64,000 nt of DNA from an uncultured Gemmatimonadales bacterium. Lineage in GTDB: Bacteria; Gemmatimonadota; Gemmatimonadetes; Gemmatimonadales; Gemmatimonadaceae. A program made the position numbers and the translations under genes. The stretch covers positions 128,001 through 192,000 of the forward strand of contig CAWKNZ010000005.1 of assembly GCA_963851265.1 (NCBI GenBank), read 5' to 3'. The notes under the pieces were generated by a model. That model made no database searches, was not told the DNA's origin, and saw nothing but the letters and a program-made list of their open reading frames with translations. The first letter of the stretch is position 1. Each line of letters starts with the position of its first letter. Below are positions 22,814-33,282 of this stretch, one piece after another.

Positions 22814-22871
22814 TGAGGAGTAGCCGCACCTGGTGGGATCCCACCGCACGGACGTCCGCCCCCGACTCGTG

Positions 22872-25330
22872 ATGACGACCACCGCATCGACTCCGCCCAC
22901 GACCGCAGCGCACTCCGCGCCGGCGTCGGCCGCCCGGATCGTGATCCCGGTGACCGGCATGACGTGCGCCGCGTGCCAGGGGCGCGTGCAGCGCACGCTC
23001 GGCAAGGCCCCCGGCGTCGTGGACGCGGCCGTCAATCTGATGATGGGCAACGCCACGGTCGTCTACGACCCCGCGGCGACCACGCCGGACGCGCTCGTCG
23101 CGGCCATTCAGCGGACCGGCTACGGCGCGGAGCGCCCCGCGCCGGACGTCTCGGCGTTCGACGCGCAGGCCGCGCGCGACCAGGCGCAGGCGGACGAGTT
23201 CCGCGCCCTGCGCACACGCGCCGTGGCGAGCGCCGTGGTCGGCGTGGTCGCGATGGTCGCGTCGATGCCGCTCATGGCCGGCGAGCAGGCGCACGGGGCG
23301 GCGGGCGGCGGAGCGGTCGTCGACCCGTTCATGCGCTGGGCGATGACGGCGCTCACGCCCGCGCTCCGAGGAGCGCTGCCGTGGCTGTACGCGGTGCCAC
23401 CCGGCGCGATCTCGTGGGCCCTGCTGGTCCTCACGCTCGGCGTGATGGCGTGGGCGGGGCGGCACTTCTACACGCGCGCGTGGGCCGCACTGCGGCACCG
23501 CGCGGCCGACATGAACACCCTCGTCGCCGTCGGCACCGGCGCGGCGTTCCTCTACTCGACCGTCGCGACGGTCGCGCCGGGCGTGTTTCGGCGCGCGGGG
23601 CTCGCGCCCGACGTGTACTACGAGGCGGTCGTGCTCATCATCGCGCTGGTCCTGACCGGAAACGCGTTCGAGGCGCGCGCGAAGCGGCAGACGTCGCAGG
23701 CGCTGCGCGCGCTCGCGGCGCTGCAGCCGAAGACGGCGCGCGTCGTGCGGCCGACGCCGGACGGCGCCACGGCCGAGGTGGACGTGCCGGTGGAGAGCGT
23801 GCGCGGCGGCGACGTCGTGGTCGTGCGCCCGGGCGAGCGGGTGCCGGTGGACGGCGAGGTGCTGAGCGGCGCGAGCGCGGTGGACGAGTCGATGCTGACG
23901 GGCGAGTCGCTGCCGGTAGAGAAGGGCGTCGGCGCGCGCGTGATCGGCGGGACCGTCAACCGCACGGGCGCGTTCCGCTACCGCGCGACCACGCTTAGGC
24001 CGCGACTCCGTGCTCGCGCAGATCGTGCAGCTGATGCGCGACGCGCAGGGCACGCGCGCGCCGATCCAGGCGCTCGCGGACCGGATCAGCGCGGTCTTCG
24101 TGCCCGCGGTGATGCTGCTGGCCGCGCTGACGTTCGCGGCGTGGCTCGTCGCCGCGCGCGCGACGGGCGGGGCCGTCGACGGGGCCGCGCTCGTGCGCGC
24201 GATCGCGGCCGCGATCGCGGTGCTGATCATCGCGTGCCCCTGCGCGATGGGACTCGCGGTGCCCACGGCCGTGATGGTCGCCACCGGACGCGGGGCGGAG
24301 TTGGGCATCCTCATCAAGGGGGGCGAGGCGCTCCAGCGCGCGGGCGACGTGACCACGGTGGTGCTCGACAAGACGGGCACCGTGACCGAGGGGCGGCCGA
24401 CCGTGACCGACGTCGTGCTCGCGCCCGGCGTCGTGCTTGGCGCCGCGGCGCTCACCGACGACGCGTTGCTCGCCCTCGCCGCCTCGCTCGAGACGCTGAG
24501 CGAGCACCCGCTCGCCGACGCCATCGTGCGCGCGGCGCGCGCCCGCGGCCTCGCGCTGGCGATCCCCGAGGCGTTCGCGTCGGAGACCGGGCGCGGCGCG
24601 ACGGGCGCGGTCGACGGGCACGGGCTCGCGGTCGGCAACGCGGCGCTGATGACCGGTTGGGCGGTCGACGTCGCGCCGCTCGCGGGCGAGCTGGCGCGAC
24701 TGGCGCGCGAGGGGAAGACGCCGATGTACGTCGCGGTCGACGGGCGGCTGGCCGGCGTGATCGCCGTCGCCGACCCGATCAAGCCGACCACGCGGGCGGC
24801 CGTGGACGGGCTGCGCGCGATGGGGCTGGACGTCGTGATGCTCACCGGCGACCTCCGCCAGACGGCCGAGGCGGTGGCGCGCGCGGCGGGAATCGACCGC
24901 GTGGTGGCCGAGGTGTTGCCCGAGGGCAAGGTGGCCGCGGTGCAGGAGCTTCAGCGGGGGGGGCGCGTGGTCGCGATGGTCGGCGACGGCGTGAACGACG
25001 CGCCGGCGCTCGCGCAGGCCGACGTGGGCATCGCCGTGGGGGGCGGCGCCGATGTGGCGGTCGAGGCGGCCGACGTCGCCTTGCTGCGCGGCGACCTCGC
25101 CGGCGTCGGCCGCGCGGTCGCGCTCTCGCGGCGCACGATGCGCACGATGCGGCAGAACCTGTTCTGGGCGTTCGCGTACAACGTGATCGGCATCCCGGTC
25201 GCCGCCGGCGTGCTCTACCCGCGCGTTCGGCCTGCTGCTGAGCCCCATCCTCGCGAGCGCGGCCATGGCGTTCAGCTCCTTTACGGTCGTGTCCAACAGC
25301 CTGCGCCTGCGCCGGGCGCGGTTCGCCTAA
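22872..25330 (+). CDS. copA: Cu(I)-exporting P1B-ATPase with two +1 frameshifts (near 23994 and 25222)
   Basis: [33 protein letters not shown]; final helix MAFSS..VSNSLRL lies in a third frame ending at TAA 25330. Confidence 0.92.
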
Positions 25331-25348
25331 CACACGACGCCCCGGACC

Positions 25349-25774
25349 ATGCCCGCCCGAAAGTCCGGCCTCGCGGCCACGCCCCCCGTCGCGGAACCCC
25401 TCGCGCGCGAACCCCTCGCCGCCCCACCGGCCGCGCCCACGCCGGCCGCCTGCGGGTGTGGCTGCGGCCCGGCCGCGGACGACGGGCGCAAGGCCGTGGC
25501 GGTCGACCCGGGCGTCAAGGCGCGCAACCAGAAGCGCCTCCGTCGGATCGAGGGGCAGGTGCGCGGCCTGCAGCAGATGGTCGAGAACGACCGCTACTGC
25601 GCCGACATCCTGACGCAGATCTCGTCGGTGCACGAGGCGCTGCGCGCGGTCGGACGGGAACTCATGCGGAACCACCTCAAGCACTGCGCGGCGGGCGCCA
25701 TCCGCGGCACGCCCGAGCAGGCCGACGCGATGTACGACGAGTTGGTGGATCTCATGTACACGCACAGCCGCTAG
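25349..25774 (+). CDS. csoR: CsoR-family metal-sensing repressor
   Basis: RLRRIEGQVRGLQQM, YCADIL, HLKHC (C-H-C ligand fingerprint). Confidence 0.92.
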   Translation: MPARKSGLAATPPVAEPLAREPLAAPPAAPTPAACGCGCGPAADDGRKAVAVDPGVKARNQKRLRRIEGQVRGLQQMVENDRYCADILTQISSVHEALRAVGRELMRNHLKHCAAGAIRGTPEQADAMYDELVDLMYTHSR

Positions 25775-25778
25775 CGGC

Positions 25779-27314
25779 GTGCGCCGTGTCCCCTCGGGCG
25801 CGTGCGGCCTCGGGCGCGTCGTCCCGCTCGCGGCGCTGGTCCCGTCCGTCCTCGCCGCGGCGCCGCTCGCCGGTCAGCAGCCCCCGCCGCGCCGCCCGGC
25901 CGACACGACCGACGCCATGGCCGGGATGACGATGCCCGGCATGGCCACGCCCGGAACGGGCATGGCCGGCATGACCATGCACGCGCGCGATCCGCTCGGC
26001 GTGTCGATGGACCGCATGGGGTCGGGCACGACGTGGATCCCCGACGCGGTCCCGCTGCCGTCGTACATGACGTCCGCCGGCTCGTGGGACCTCATGGCGC
26101 ACGGCTTCGTCTTCGGCCAGTACGACGCGCAGGGCGGCCCGCGCGGCGGGCGCCAGTTCGGCTCCCTCAACTGGGGGATGTTCATGGCCTCGCGCGAACT
26201 CGGGGGCGGGCGCTTCCAGGCGCGCACGATGCTCAGCCTCGACCCGGCCACCGTGACCGGCCGCGGCTACCCGCTGCTCCTGCAGAGCGGCGAGAGCTAC
26301 GACGGGCAGCCGCTGCACGACCGGCAGCACCCGCACAACTTCTTCATGGAGCTCGGCGCGCTGTACGAGCGGCCGATCACCCGGACGTTAGGCATCTCGC
26401 TCTACGCCGCGCCGTCGGGCGAGCCGGCGCTCGGGCCGGTCGCCTTCATGCACCGCCCGTCGGCGATGGACGTCCCCACCGCGCCGCTCGGCCACCACTG
26501 GCAGGACGCGACGCACACCAGCTTCGGCGTGCTCACGGCCGGGCTCTTCACGCACGCGCTGAAGCTGGAGGCCTCGGCGTTCAACGGCCGCGAGCCCGAC
26601 CAGCACCGCTACGGCATCAACCCCATCCGCCTCGACTCGTACGCGGGGCGCGTCACCGTCAACCCGTCGGGCGCGTGGAGCCTGAGCGGCAGCTACGGCT
26701 ACCTGCGCAGCCCCGAGGCGTTGCACCCGGACGAGTCGATCCACCGCCTCGACGCCTCCGCGATGTACGGCGCGCGGCTGGGTGCCGACGGGCAGTGGGC
26801 GACCACCGTCGTCTGGGGCGCCAACCGGTACGCCGCGCAGCCCGGCCTCTCGCACAGCGGACTGCTCGAGTCGGAGGCGGTGCTCGACGCGCGCAACACC
26901 GTGTTCGGCCGCGCCGAGGTCGTGCAGAAAGGGGTCGAGGACCTCGCGCTCGACGCCGTGGCCGGCGCCCCGGCCGCCGCTTCGCTCCCAACCGCAACGC
27001 CCACCACCGCGGGGCTGCTGCCGAGCGCGACGCCGCCGGACGCCCGCTACACCGTCGGCGCGCTCTCGCTCGGCTACATCCGCGAACTCGGCCGCGTGCG
27101 CGGCGTCACGTTCGGACTCGGGGGGATGGGCACGATCAACGTGGTGCCCGCCTCGCTGCGCGGAGCGTACGGGTCGCGCACGCCCGTGGGCGGGATGGTG
27201 TTCGGCCGCCTCCGGCCGACGTGGCGCCGCGCGGCGGGCGCGCATGATGCGCACGACGGGATGCCGGGGATGGAGGGCATGGTGCACCACGGGGAGCATC
27301 GCGGGGGCGCCTGA
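25779..27314 (+). CDS. Exported, probably outer-membrane protein with Met/His-rich termini
   Basis: Signal peptide, MAGMTMPGMA..MAGMTMH, GSGTTW, HDRQHPH, FMHRPSA, GHHWQDATH, amphipathic strands, C-terminal HDAHDGMPGMEGMVHHGEH. Confidence 0.8.
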   Translation: MRRVPSGACGLGRVVPLAALVPSVLAAAPLAGQQPPPRRPADTTDAMAGMTMPGMATPGTGMAGMTMHARDPLGVSMDRMGSGTTWIPDAVPLPSYMTSAGSWDLMAHGFVFGQYDAQGGPRGGRQFGSLNWGMFMASRELGGGRFQARTMLSLDPATVTGRGYPLLLQSGESYDGQPLHDRQHPHNFFMELGALYERPITRTLGISLYAAPSGEPALGPVAFMHRPSAMDVPTAPLGHHWQDATHTSFGVLTAGLFTHALKLEASAFNGREPDQHRYGINPIRLDSYAGRVTVNPSGAWSLSGSYGYLRSPEALHPDESIHRLDASAMYGARLGADGQWATTVVWGANRYAAQPGLSHSGLLESEAVLDARNTVFGRAEVVQKGVEDLALDAVAGAPAAASLPTATPTTAGLLPSATPPDARYTVGALSLGYIRELGRVRGVTFGLGGMGTINVVPASLRGAYGSRTPVGGMVFGRLRPTWRRAAGAHDAHDGMPGMEGMVHHGEHRGGA

Positions 27315-27330
27315 CGGACCCCGAGCGCGG

Positions 27331-29151
27331 CTATCGCGTGCCCCGCGCCGCCCCGGCGCCGCCCCCCGCGCTCTCGCTCCGTGCGATCCACGCCTCCACC
27401 TGCGCCTCGAGCACGTCGAGGGGTACCGGGCCGTTGGCGAGCACGGCGTCGTGGAACGCGCGCAGGTCGAAGCGCTCGCCCAACCGCCGCTCCGCGCGCG
27501 CGCGCAGCTCACGGATGCGTAGCTCGCCGACCTTGTAGGCGGTGGCCTGGCCGGGCCAGGTGACGTAGCGGTTCACCTCCGCCTCGACGTTCGCGCGCGA
27601 GAGCGCGGTGTGCTCCAGCATGTAGGCGATCGCGCGGTCGCGCGTCCACCCCTTGGCGTGCATGCCCGCATCGACCACGAGCCGGCAGGCGCGCCACATC
27701 TCGTAGCTCAGCCGCCCCATCTCCTTCTCGGGCGTGTCGTACAGCCCCATCTCGATGCCCAACCGCTCGGCGTACAGACCCCACCCTTCCGTGAACGCCG
27801 TGAAGGCGACGCCGTAGCGGCGGAAGGGGGGCAGGTCCAGCTCCTGCGCGAGCGCGATCTGCTGGTGGTGCCCGGGTACCGCCTCGTGCATCGTGAGCGC
27901 GGGCAGCTCGTAGTAAGGCCGCTGGTCGAGCTTGCTCGTGTTCACCCAGTAGATGCCCGGGCGCCCCCCCTCGAGCGAGCCCGGGCCGTAGTAGGCGGTC
28001 GTCGTGCCCGGCGCGATCGCGTCGGGGATGGCGCGCACGGTGTAGGGGAGGCGCGGCAGTCGGCCGAAGTACTTCGGCATCTCGCCGTCGATGCGCTTGG
28101 CGAGCACCGAGGCGGCCGCGAGCAGCTCCGCCGGCGTCGTCGGGTAGTACTGCGGGTTGCTCCGCAGGTGCGCGACGAACGCGGTACGGTCGGCGTAGCC
28201 GGCGCGCGCGGCGAGCGAATCCATCGCCGCCCCGATGCGCGCGACCTCCGACAGGCCGAGCGTGTGGATCTGGTCGGGCGTGAGGTCGGTGGTCGTCTCG
28301 CGGTGCACGCGGAACGCGTAATAGGCCGCGCCGTTGGGCGTGGCCGAGACCCCGGCCGCGGCGCGGCAGCGCGGCGCGTAGTCGTGCTGGTAGAACGAGA
28401 GGAGCGCCGCGTAGGCCGGGTAGACCGAGTCGCGCACGGCGGCGACGGCGCGCTCGCGGAGCCCGGTCCAGGCCGAGTCGGGGATGAACGCCGGCCGGCG
28501 CGCGAACGGCTGCAGGAAGCGCGACAAGTCGGGCGGGCCGGCGATCACGCCGCGCATCGTGCCCTCATAGCCGACGAACGGCGCGCACGGCTGCGCGAAG
28601 CCGCCGGCGAGCGCGGCGCGCGTGGTCGCGATGCCGCCGCGGTTGTAGCGCGGGAAGGCGGCGAGGCGCGCCACGTACGCCTCGTAGTCGGCGCGGTCGC
28701 GGAACGGGTGCCGGTCGGGAAGGTCCGCGAAGGCGGTGTGCCACCCGGAGTAGGTGGTGAACAGCACCGTGCGCTGTCCGAAGCCGTTCGCCTCGACCAT
28801 CTCCTGCAGGTCGCGGCGGAGGATGGCGCGCGAGACGCGCTCGCCGGGCGCGAGGCGCGCGGTGTCGAGCGCGTCCGCGCGCGCGAGGAAGCCCGCGGCC
28901 TCGCGCGCGCGCCGGTCCATGGCCGCGAGCGTGAGGTCGCCCAGCTCGGCGTCGTACGCGCGGACGCCGAGCGTCGTGGCGAGGAGCGGGTTGTCGCGCA
29001 GGACCCACTGCCAGTGCTCGTCGAGGAGCTGCTGGAACGGCGTGCGCGGCGCGGGCGCCTGGCCCTGGAGCGACGCGGCGACGACGGTGAGCGCGGCAAG
29101 GGCGAGGGCGACCGGGGCGGCCGTCGCGCGGCGGCGTGGTGGGCGGGGCAT
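27331..29151 (-). CDS. DUF885-family exported protein
   Basis: Signal peptide, HEAVPGHHQQ, FTEGWGLYAE, WRACRLVVD, PGQATAYKVG, FDLRAFHD. Confidence 0.92.
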   Translation of the reverse strand: MPRPPRRRATAAPVALALAALTVVAASLQGQAPAPRTPFQQLLDEHWQWVLRDNPLLATTLGVRAYDAELGDLTLAAMDRRAREAAGFLARADALDTARLAPGERVSRAILRRDLQEMVEANGFGQRTVLFTTYSGWHTAFADLPDRHPFRDRADYEAYVARLAAFPRYNRGGIATTRAALAGGFAQPCAPFVGYEGTMRGVIAGPPDLSRFLQPFARRPAFIPDSAWTGLRERAVAAVRDSVYPAYAALLSFYQHDYAPRCRAAAGVSATPNGAAYYAFRVHRETTTDLTPDQIHTLGLSEVARIGAAMDSLAARAGYADRTAFVAHLRSNPQYYPTTPAELLAAASVLAKRIDGEMPKYFGRLPRLPYTVRAIPDAIAPGTTTAYYGPGSLEGGRPGIYWVNTSKLDQRPYYELPALTMHEAVPGHHQQIALAQELDLPPFRRYGVAFTAFTEGWGLYAERLGIEMGLYDTPEKEMGRLSYEMWRACRLVVDAGMHAKGWTRDRAIAYMLEHTALSRANVEAEVNRYVTWPGQATAYKVGELRIRELRARAERRLGERFDLRAFHDAVLANGPVPLDVLEAQVEAWIARSESAGGGAGAARGTR

Positions 29152-29292
29152 GGTGCGCGAAGCTCGCTCGCGCGTCGGGCCGCGGCAACTCGGGCGCGCG
29201 GGAGCGCGTCGTCGTGCGCCGATACCGCCCGTCGCGGGTACATTGAGAGGCTGACGACGCTTCCGTCGCCGGCGTTCTCCCACCGAGTCCGC

Positions 29293-29547
29293 ATGAGCTC
29301 GCAGATCACGGTGACCACCCTGCTGTTCGCCTCGTACGCCGACGCCCTCGGGCGCTCGTCGGTACCCGTGACGCTGCGCGCGCCGGCGACGGTCGGCGCG
29401 CTGCTCGACCACGTGCGCGCGCTGCCCGGCGCCGGGCGGTTGCCGCCCGCGCCGCTCGTCGCCGTGAACGCGGCGTACGCGTCGGCAGGGCACGTGCTGG
29501 CCGACGGCGACGAGGTCGCGCTGATTCCGCCCGTGGCGGGTGGCTGA
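29293..29547 (+). CDS. moaD: Molybdopterin synthase sulfur carrier subunit
   Basis: LFASY, AVN, C-terminal DEVALIPPVAGG. Confidence 0.93.
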   Translation: MSSQITVTTLLFASYADALGRSSVPVTLRAPATVGALLDHVRALPGAGRLPPAPLVAVNAAYASAGHVLADGDEVALIPPVAGG

Positions 29548-30031
29548 CGTGGCCGGCGGTCGGACCGCGATCGTGGAGCGGCCGCTCGAGCCGGCGGCGC
29601 TGCTCGCGGAAGTGGCGGACGCGGGGCACGGGGCGACGGCGCTGTTCGTCGGCACGGTGCGCGAGGTGAACGACGGGCGCCCGGTGACGGGGATCGACTA
29701 CACGGCGTACGAGGCGATGGCCGCGCGCGAGCTGGCCGCGATCGTCGGCGAGGCGGCGGAGCGCTTCGGGACGGCCGAGGGGCCGCCGCGGATCGCCGCG
29801 GAGCACCGGCTGGGGACGTTAGGCATCGGCGAGGCGAGCGTGGCGGTCGCGGCGGCGCACGCGCGCCGCGCGCCGGCGATGGACGCGGTGCGCTACGTGG
29901 TGGAGGAGCTCAAGCGGCGCGTGCCGATCTGGAAGCGCGAGCACTACGCCGACGGCACGCGCGAGTGGCTCGACCCGACGGCCGCGCCCGGGGCGGGCGG
30001 TACGGCCGTTGCCCCAGCCGTGTCCTCGTGA
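29540..30031 (+). CDS. moaE: Molybdopterin synthase catalytic subunit
   Basis: GATALFVGTVR, YTAYEAMA, HRLG, LKRRVPIWKRE. Confidence 0.93.
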   Translation: MADVAGGRTAIVERPLEPAALLAEVADAGHGATALFVGTVREVNDGRPVTGIDYTAYEAMAARELAAIVGEAAERFGTAEGPPRIAAEHRLGTLGIGEASVAVAAAHARRAPAMDAVRYVVEELKRRVPIWKREHYADGTREWLDPTAAPGAGGTAVAPAVSS

Positions 30032-30036
30032 CCCTC

Positions 30037-31137
30037 ATGCCCCCGCGCGTCGTACCGCGCCCGCCCCACCGCGCGCCGGCCAACGCGCCCGCCCACGCGC
30101 CCGCCCGGGCGCCGCTCCTCGACCAGTTCGGGCGGTCGATCGAGTACCTGCGCGTGTCGGTCACCGACCGCTGCAACTTTCGCTGCGTGTACTGCATGCC
30201 CGCGGCGGGGCTGCCGTGGCTGCCGAAGGGCGACGTGCTCACCGACGACGAGATCGTCCGCGTGGTCGCGGAACTCGCCCCGCTGGGTTTGCGCCGCGTG
30301 CGCCTGACGGGCGGCGAGCCGACGATTCGCCCCAACCTGGATCGACTCGTGGCGCGGCTGCGCGCGGTCGAGAGCCTCGAGGAGATCTCGCTCTCGACCA
30401 ACGGCGTGCGCTTCTGCCAGGACCCCGACCTCGCCCGGCGGCTCGCCGACGCGGGGCTCGACCGCGTGAACATCTCGGCCGATTCGCTGCGCGCCGACCG
30501 CGTGGCCGCGATCGCACGCCGCGACCTCGGCCTCGACCCCGTGCGCGCGGGCGACGCGGCCGAGGCGGCGGGGCTCACGCCGGTCAAGCTCAACGTCGTC
30601 GTGGTGCGCGGCATCAACGACGACGAGGTCGGCGACTTCGCACGCCTCACGGTCGACCGCCCGTGGGCGGTGCGGTTCATCGAGCTGATGCCGGTGGGCG
30701 AGCTGGCCGAGTTGTACGGCGACGACGTGCTGGCGCGCGTGGTGCCGAGCGACGAGGTGCTGGCACGCGCGGCCGACGCGCTCGCCCCGTGGGGCGGACT
30801 CGCGCCCGTCGGCGGGGCGGGGGACGGACGGCCCGCGCTCGCCGGCAACGGGCCGGCGGCGTACTACGCGGCGCCGGGCGCGGCGGGGCGGATCGGCGTG
30901 ATCACGCCGATGACGCACACCTACTGCGCGTCGTGCAACCGCGTGCGGCTGACAGCGGACGGGCGGCTGCGCACCTGCCTCTACGGCGACGACGAGGTGG
31001 ACCTGCGCGGTCCGCTGCGCCGCGGCGAGTCGCTGGCGCCCCACGTGCGCGCGGCGCTCGCCGCCAAGCCGCGCGAGCACGCGCTGCTCCAGCTGCGGAC
31101 GGGGGGGCTGCGGGCGCTGTCGCAGGTGGGCGGGTGA
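30037..31137 (+). CDS. moaA: GTP 3',8-cyclase
   Basis: SVTDRCNFRCVYC, TGGEP, CASCNRVR..C, terminal GG. Confidence 0.95.
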   Translation: MPPRVVPRPPHRAPANAPAHAPARAPLLDQFGRSIEYLRVSVTDRCNFRCVYCMPAAGLPWLPKGDVLTDDEIVRVVAELAPLGLRRVRLTGGEPTIRPNLDRLVARLRAVESLEEISLSTNGVRFCQDPDLARRLADAGLDRVNISADSLRADRVAAIARRDLGLDPVRAGDAAEAAGLTPVKLNVVVVRGINDDEVGDFARLTVDRPWAVRFIELMPVGELAELYGDDVLARVVPSDEVLARAADALAPWGGLAPVGGAGDGRPALAGNGPAAYYAAPGAAGRIGVITPMTHTYCASCNRVRLTADGRLRTCLYGDDEVDLRGPLRRGESLAPHVRAALAAKPREHALLQLRTGGLRALSQVGG

Positions 31138-31964
31138 ACGGACGGCGCGCCTTCGCGTGGGGCGCGGCGGCCGCGCTGTGCGGCGCGGCCAGCGCGCCGT
31201 GGCGGCCGTCCGCGCCGCTGCTCGTCTTCGCTGCGGCCGACCTGCGTGAGGCGTTGCCCGAGGTGGCGGCCGCGTACCGCCGGGCGGGTGGGGACAGCGT
31301 GACGCTCGTGTTCGGCGCGACGAGCGATCTCGCCACGCAGATCGCGAACGGCGCGCCCGCCGACGCCTTCTTCGCGGCGGACCAGGCGGCCATCGCGGGG
31401 CTCGCCGCGCGGCGGGCCGTCGTGGGCGGCACGTCGCGCGTGTACGCCGTCGGGCGGCTCGCGCTCGTCATGGCGCGCGGCGCGACCGCCGGCGGCGCAC
31501 CGGAGGCGTCGCGGCTCGCCGACCTCGCGCGGCCGGGTGTGCGCACGGTCGTCATCGCCGACCCCGCGCACGCGCCGTACGGACGCGCGGCGCGCCAGGC
31601 GCTCGAACGCGCGGGGCTCTGGGACGCGGTGCGCGCGAAGGTGGTGTACGCGCCGAACGTCGCCCAGGCGTACCGCTTCGTCGTCGGCGGCAACGCGGAC
31701 GCGGGGATCGTCGCGCGCGCGTCGCTCGGCGCGGCGGCCCCGGGTGCGGCGTATGCCCTCGTCGACACGACGCTGTACGCGCCCATCCGCCAGGCCGCGG
31801 CCGTGGTCGCCAGCAGCGCCCAGCCGGCGGCGGCCGCGCGGTTCGTCGAGTACGCGACCGGCGCGCCGGGGTTCGCGGTGCTGCGACGCTACGGCTTCGG
31901 GCCGCCGCCCGCGGCCGCCGCGCCTCCAGCCGCCGCACCTCCGGCCGCCGCGCCGCGGCCGTGA
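31134..31964 (+). CDS. modA: Molybdate ABC transporter substrate-binding protein
   Basis: FAAADL, LATQIANGAPADAFFAA, PAHAPYGRAA, PIRQ. Confidence 0.92.
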   Translation: MNGRRAFAWGAAAALCGAASAPWRPSAPLLVFAAADLREALPEVAAAYRRAGGDSVTLVFGATSDLATQIANGAPADAFFAADQAAIAGLAARRAVVGGTSRVYAVGRLALVMARGATAGGAPEASRLADLARPGVRTVVIADPAHAPYGRAARQALERAGLWDAVRAKVVYAPNVAQAYRFVVGGNADAGIVARASLGAAAPGAAYALVDTTLYAPIRQAAAVVASSAQPAAAARFVEYATGAPGFAVLRRYGFGPPPAAAAPPAAAPPAAAPRP

Positions 31965-32638
31965 CGGCGCTCGGCGTGGGCGACCTCGCGCCGCTCGCGC
32001 TCTCGCTCCGCGTCGCGTCCACGGCGACGCTGATCGCGGCGGCGTTCGGCGTGCCGCTCGCGTGGCTGCTCGCGCGCCGCCGCTTCCCCGGGCGTGGGGC
32101 ACTCGAGCTGCTCGTCCTCCTCCCGATGGTGCTGCCCCCCACGGTGCTCGGCTACTACCTGCTGGTGGTCGTCGGTCGGCCGGCGCCGTTAGGCCGCCTC
32201 GTGGAGGCGGTCTTCGGGCGGCCCGTGGTGTTCACGCCGGCCGCGGCGGTGCTCGCGACCACGGTGGCCGCGTCGCCCTTCCTCGTTCGCGCGGCGCAGG
32301 CCGGGTTCGAGCAGGTGGACGCCGTGTTCGAGGACGCGGCGCGCACGCTCGGGCGGTCGGAGCTGTCGGTGTTCCTGACGGTGACCGTGCCGCTCGCCGC
32401 GCGCGGGATACTCGCCGGCGCGGCGCTCTGCTTCGCGCGCGCGATGGGCGAGTTCGGCGCCACGCTGATGCTCGCCGGCAACATCCCCGGGCGCACGCAG
32501 ACGGCGAGTCTCGCGGTGTACGACGCCTTCGAATCGGGCGACGCGTCGCGGGCGGCGTGGCTCGCCGGGCTGCTCTCCGTCACCGCGCTCTGCGCGCTCG
32601 CGCTCCTCGCGTACGGCGGCCGCCGCGCGGCGTCGTGA
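31961..32638 (+). CDS. modB: Molybdate ABC transporter permease
   Basis: LPMVLPPTVLGYYLL, EDAARTLG, FARAMGEFGAT, GNIPGRT. Confidence 0.94.
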   Translation: MTALGVGDLAPLALSLRVASTATLIAAAFGVPLAWLLARRRFPGRGALELLVLLPMVLPPTVLGYYLLVVVGRPAPLGRLVEAVFGRPVVFTPAAAVLATTVAASPFLVRAAQAGFEQVDAVFEDAARTLGRSELSVFLTVTVPLAARGILAGAALCFARAMGEFGATLMLAGNIPGRTQTASLAVYDAFESGDASRAAWLAGLLSVTALCALALLAYGGRRAAS

Positions 32639-33282
32639 GCGGGCTAGAAGTGCGCGTCCGACGCCAGCTGCCCGGCTTCGCGCTCGACGTCGCGTTCGCG
32701 GTGCCGGGCGGGGTGGCCGCGATCGTCGGACCGTCGGGGGCGGGGAAGACGCTCACGCTGCGCGCCGTGGCCGGACTGCTGCGTCCCGATGCCGGGCGTA
32801 TCGCCTGCGGCGGACGCGCGCTCTACGACCGAGACGCCAGCGTGGACCTCCCCGCGCGCGCGCGGCGCGTGGGGTACGTGTTTCAGCAGTACGCCCTGTT
32901 TCCGCATCTCACGGTGGGCGCGAACGTGGCGTACGGACTCGGCGGCCCGCGCGCGGCACGTGCCGCGCGCGCGGCCGAGTTGCTCGCGCTGGTGGGGCTG
33001 CCCGACATGGAGCGGCGGCGCCCGCGCGAGCTGTCGGGTGGCCAGCAGCAGCGTGTCGCGCTCGCCCGCGCGCTCGCACCCGACCCCACACTCCTGCTCC
33101 TCGACGAGCCCCTCTCCGCCGTCGACGCGCCGCTCCGCGCTCGCCTCGGCGACGAACTGCTCGCGCTCCACGCCCGCACCGGTGTACCCATGTTGTTCGT
33201 GACCCACGACCCCGCCGAGGCGCGGCGCGTCGCCGACGTCGTCGTCCGGCTCGAGGCCGGCCGCGTGGTGTGCGTCGCGTGA
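32635..33282 (+). CDS. modC: Molybdate ABC transporter ATPase (short, no TOBE domain)
   Basis: GPSGAGKT, FQQYALFPH, LSGGQQQR, LLDEP, VTHD. Confidence 0.9.
   Translation: MSGLEVRVRRQLPGFALDVAFAVPGGVAAIVGPSGAGKTLTLRAVAGLLRPDAGRIACGGRALYDRDASVDLPARARRVGYVFQQYALFPHLTVGANVAYGLGGPRAARAARAAELLALVGLPDMERRRPRELSGGQQQRVALARALAPDPTLLLLDEPLSAVDAPLRARLGDELLALHARTGVPMLFVTHDPAEARRVADVVVRLEAGRVVCVA

Noticed and set aside
22872..25330. Programmed frameshift producing a CopZ-like chaperone, as in E. coli copA
   Set aside because: The shifts lie far downstream of the metal-binding domain, there is no slippery heptamer at the sites, and no single frame gives a full-length protein.
29152..29292. Moco riboswitch or ModE box upstream of moaD
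   Set aside because: No recognisable conserved elements by eye; an Infernal scan would settle it.
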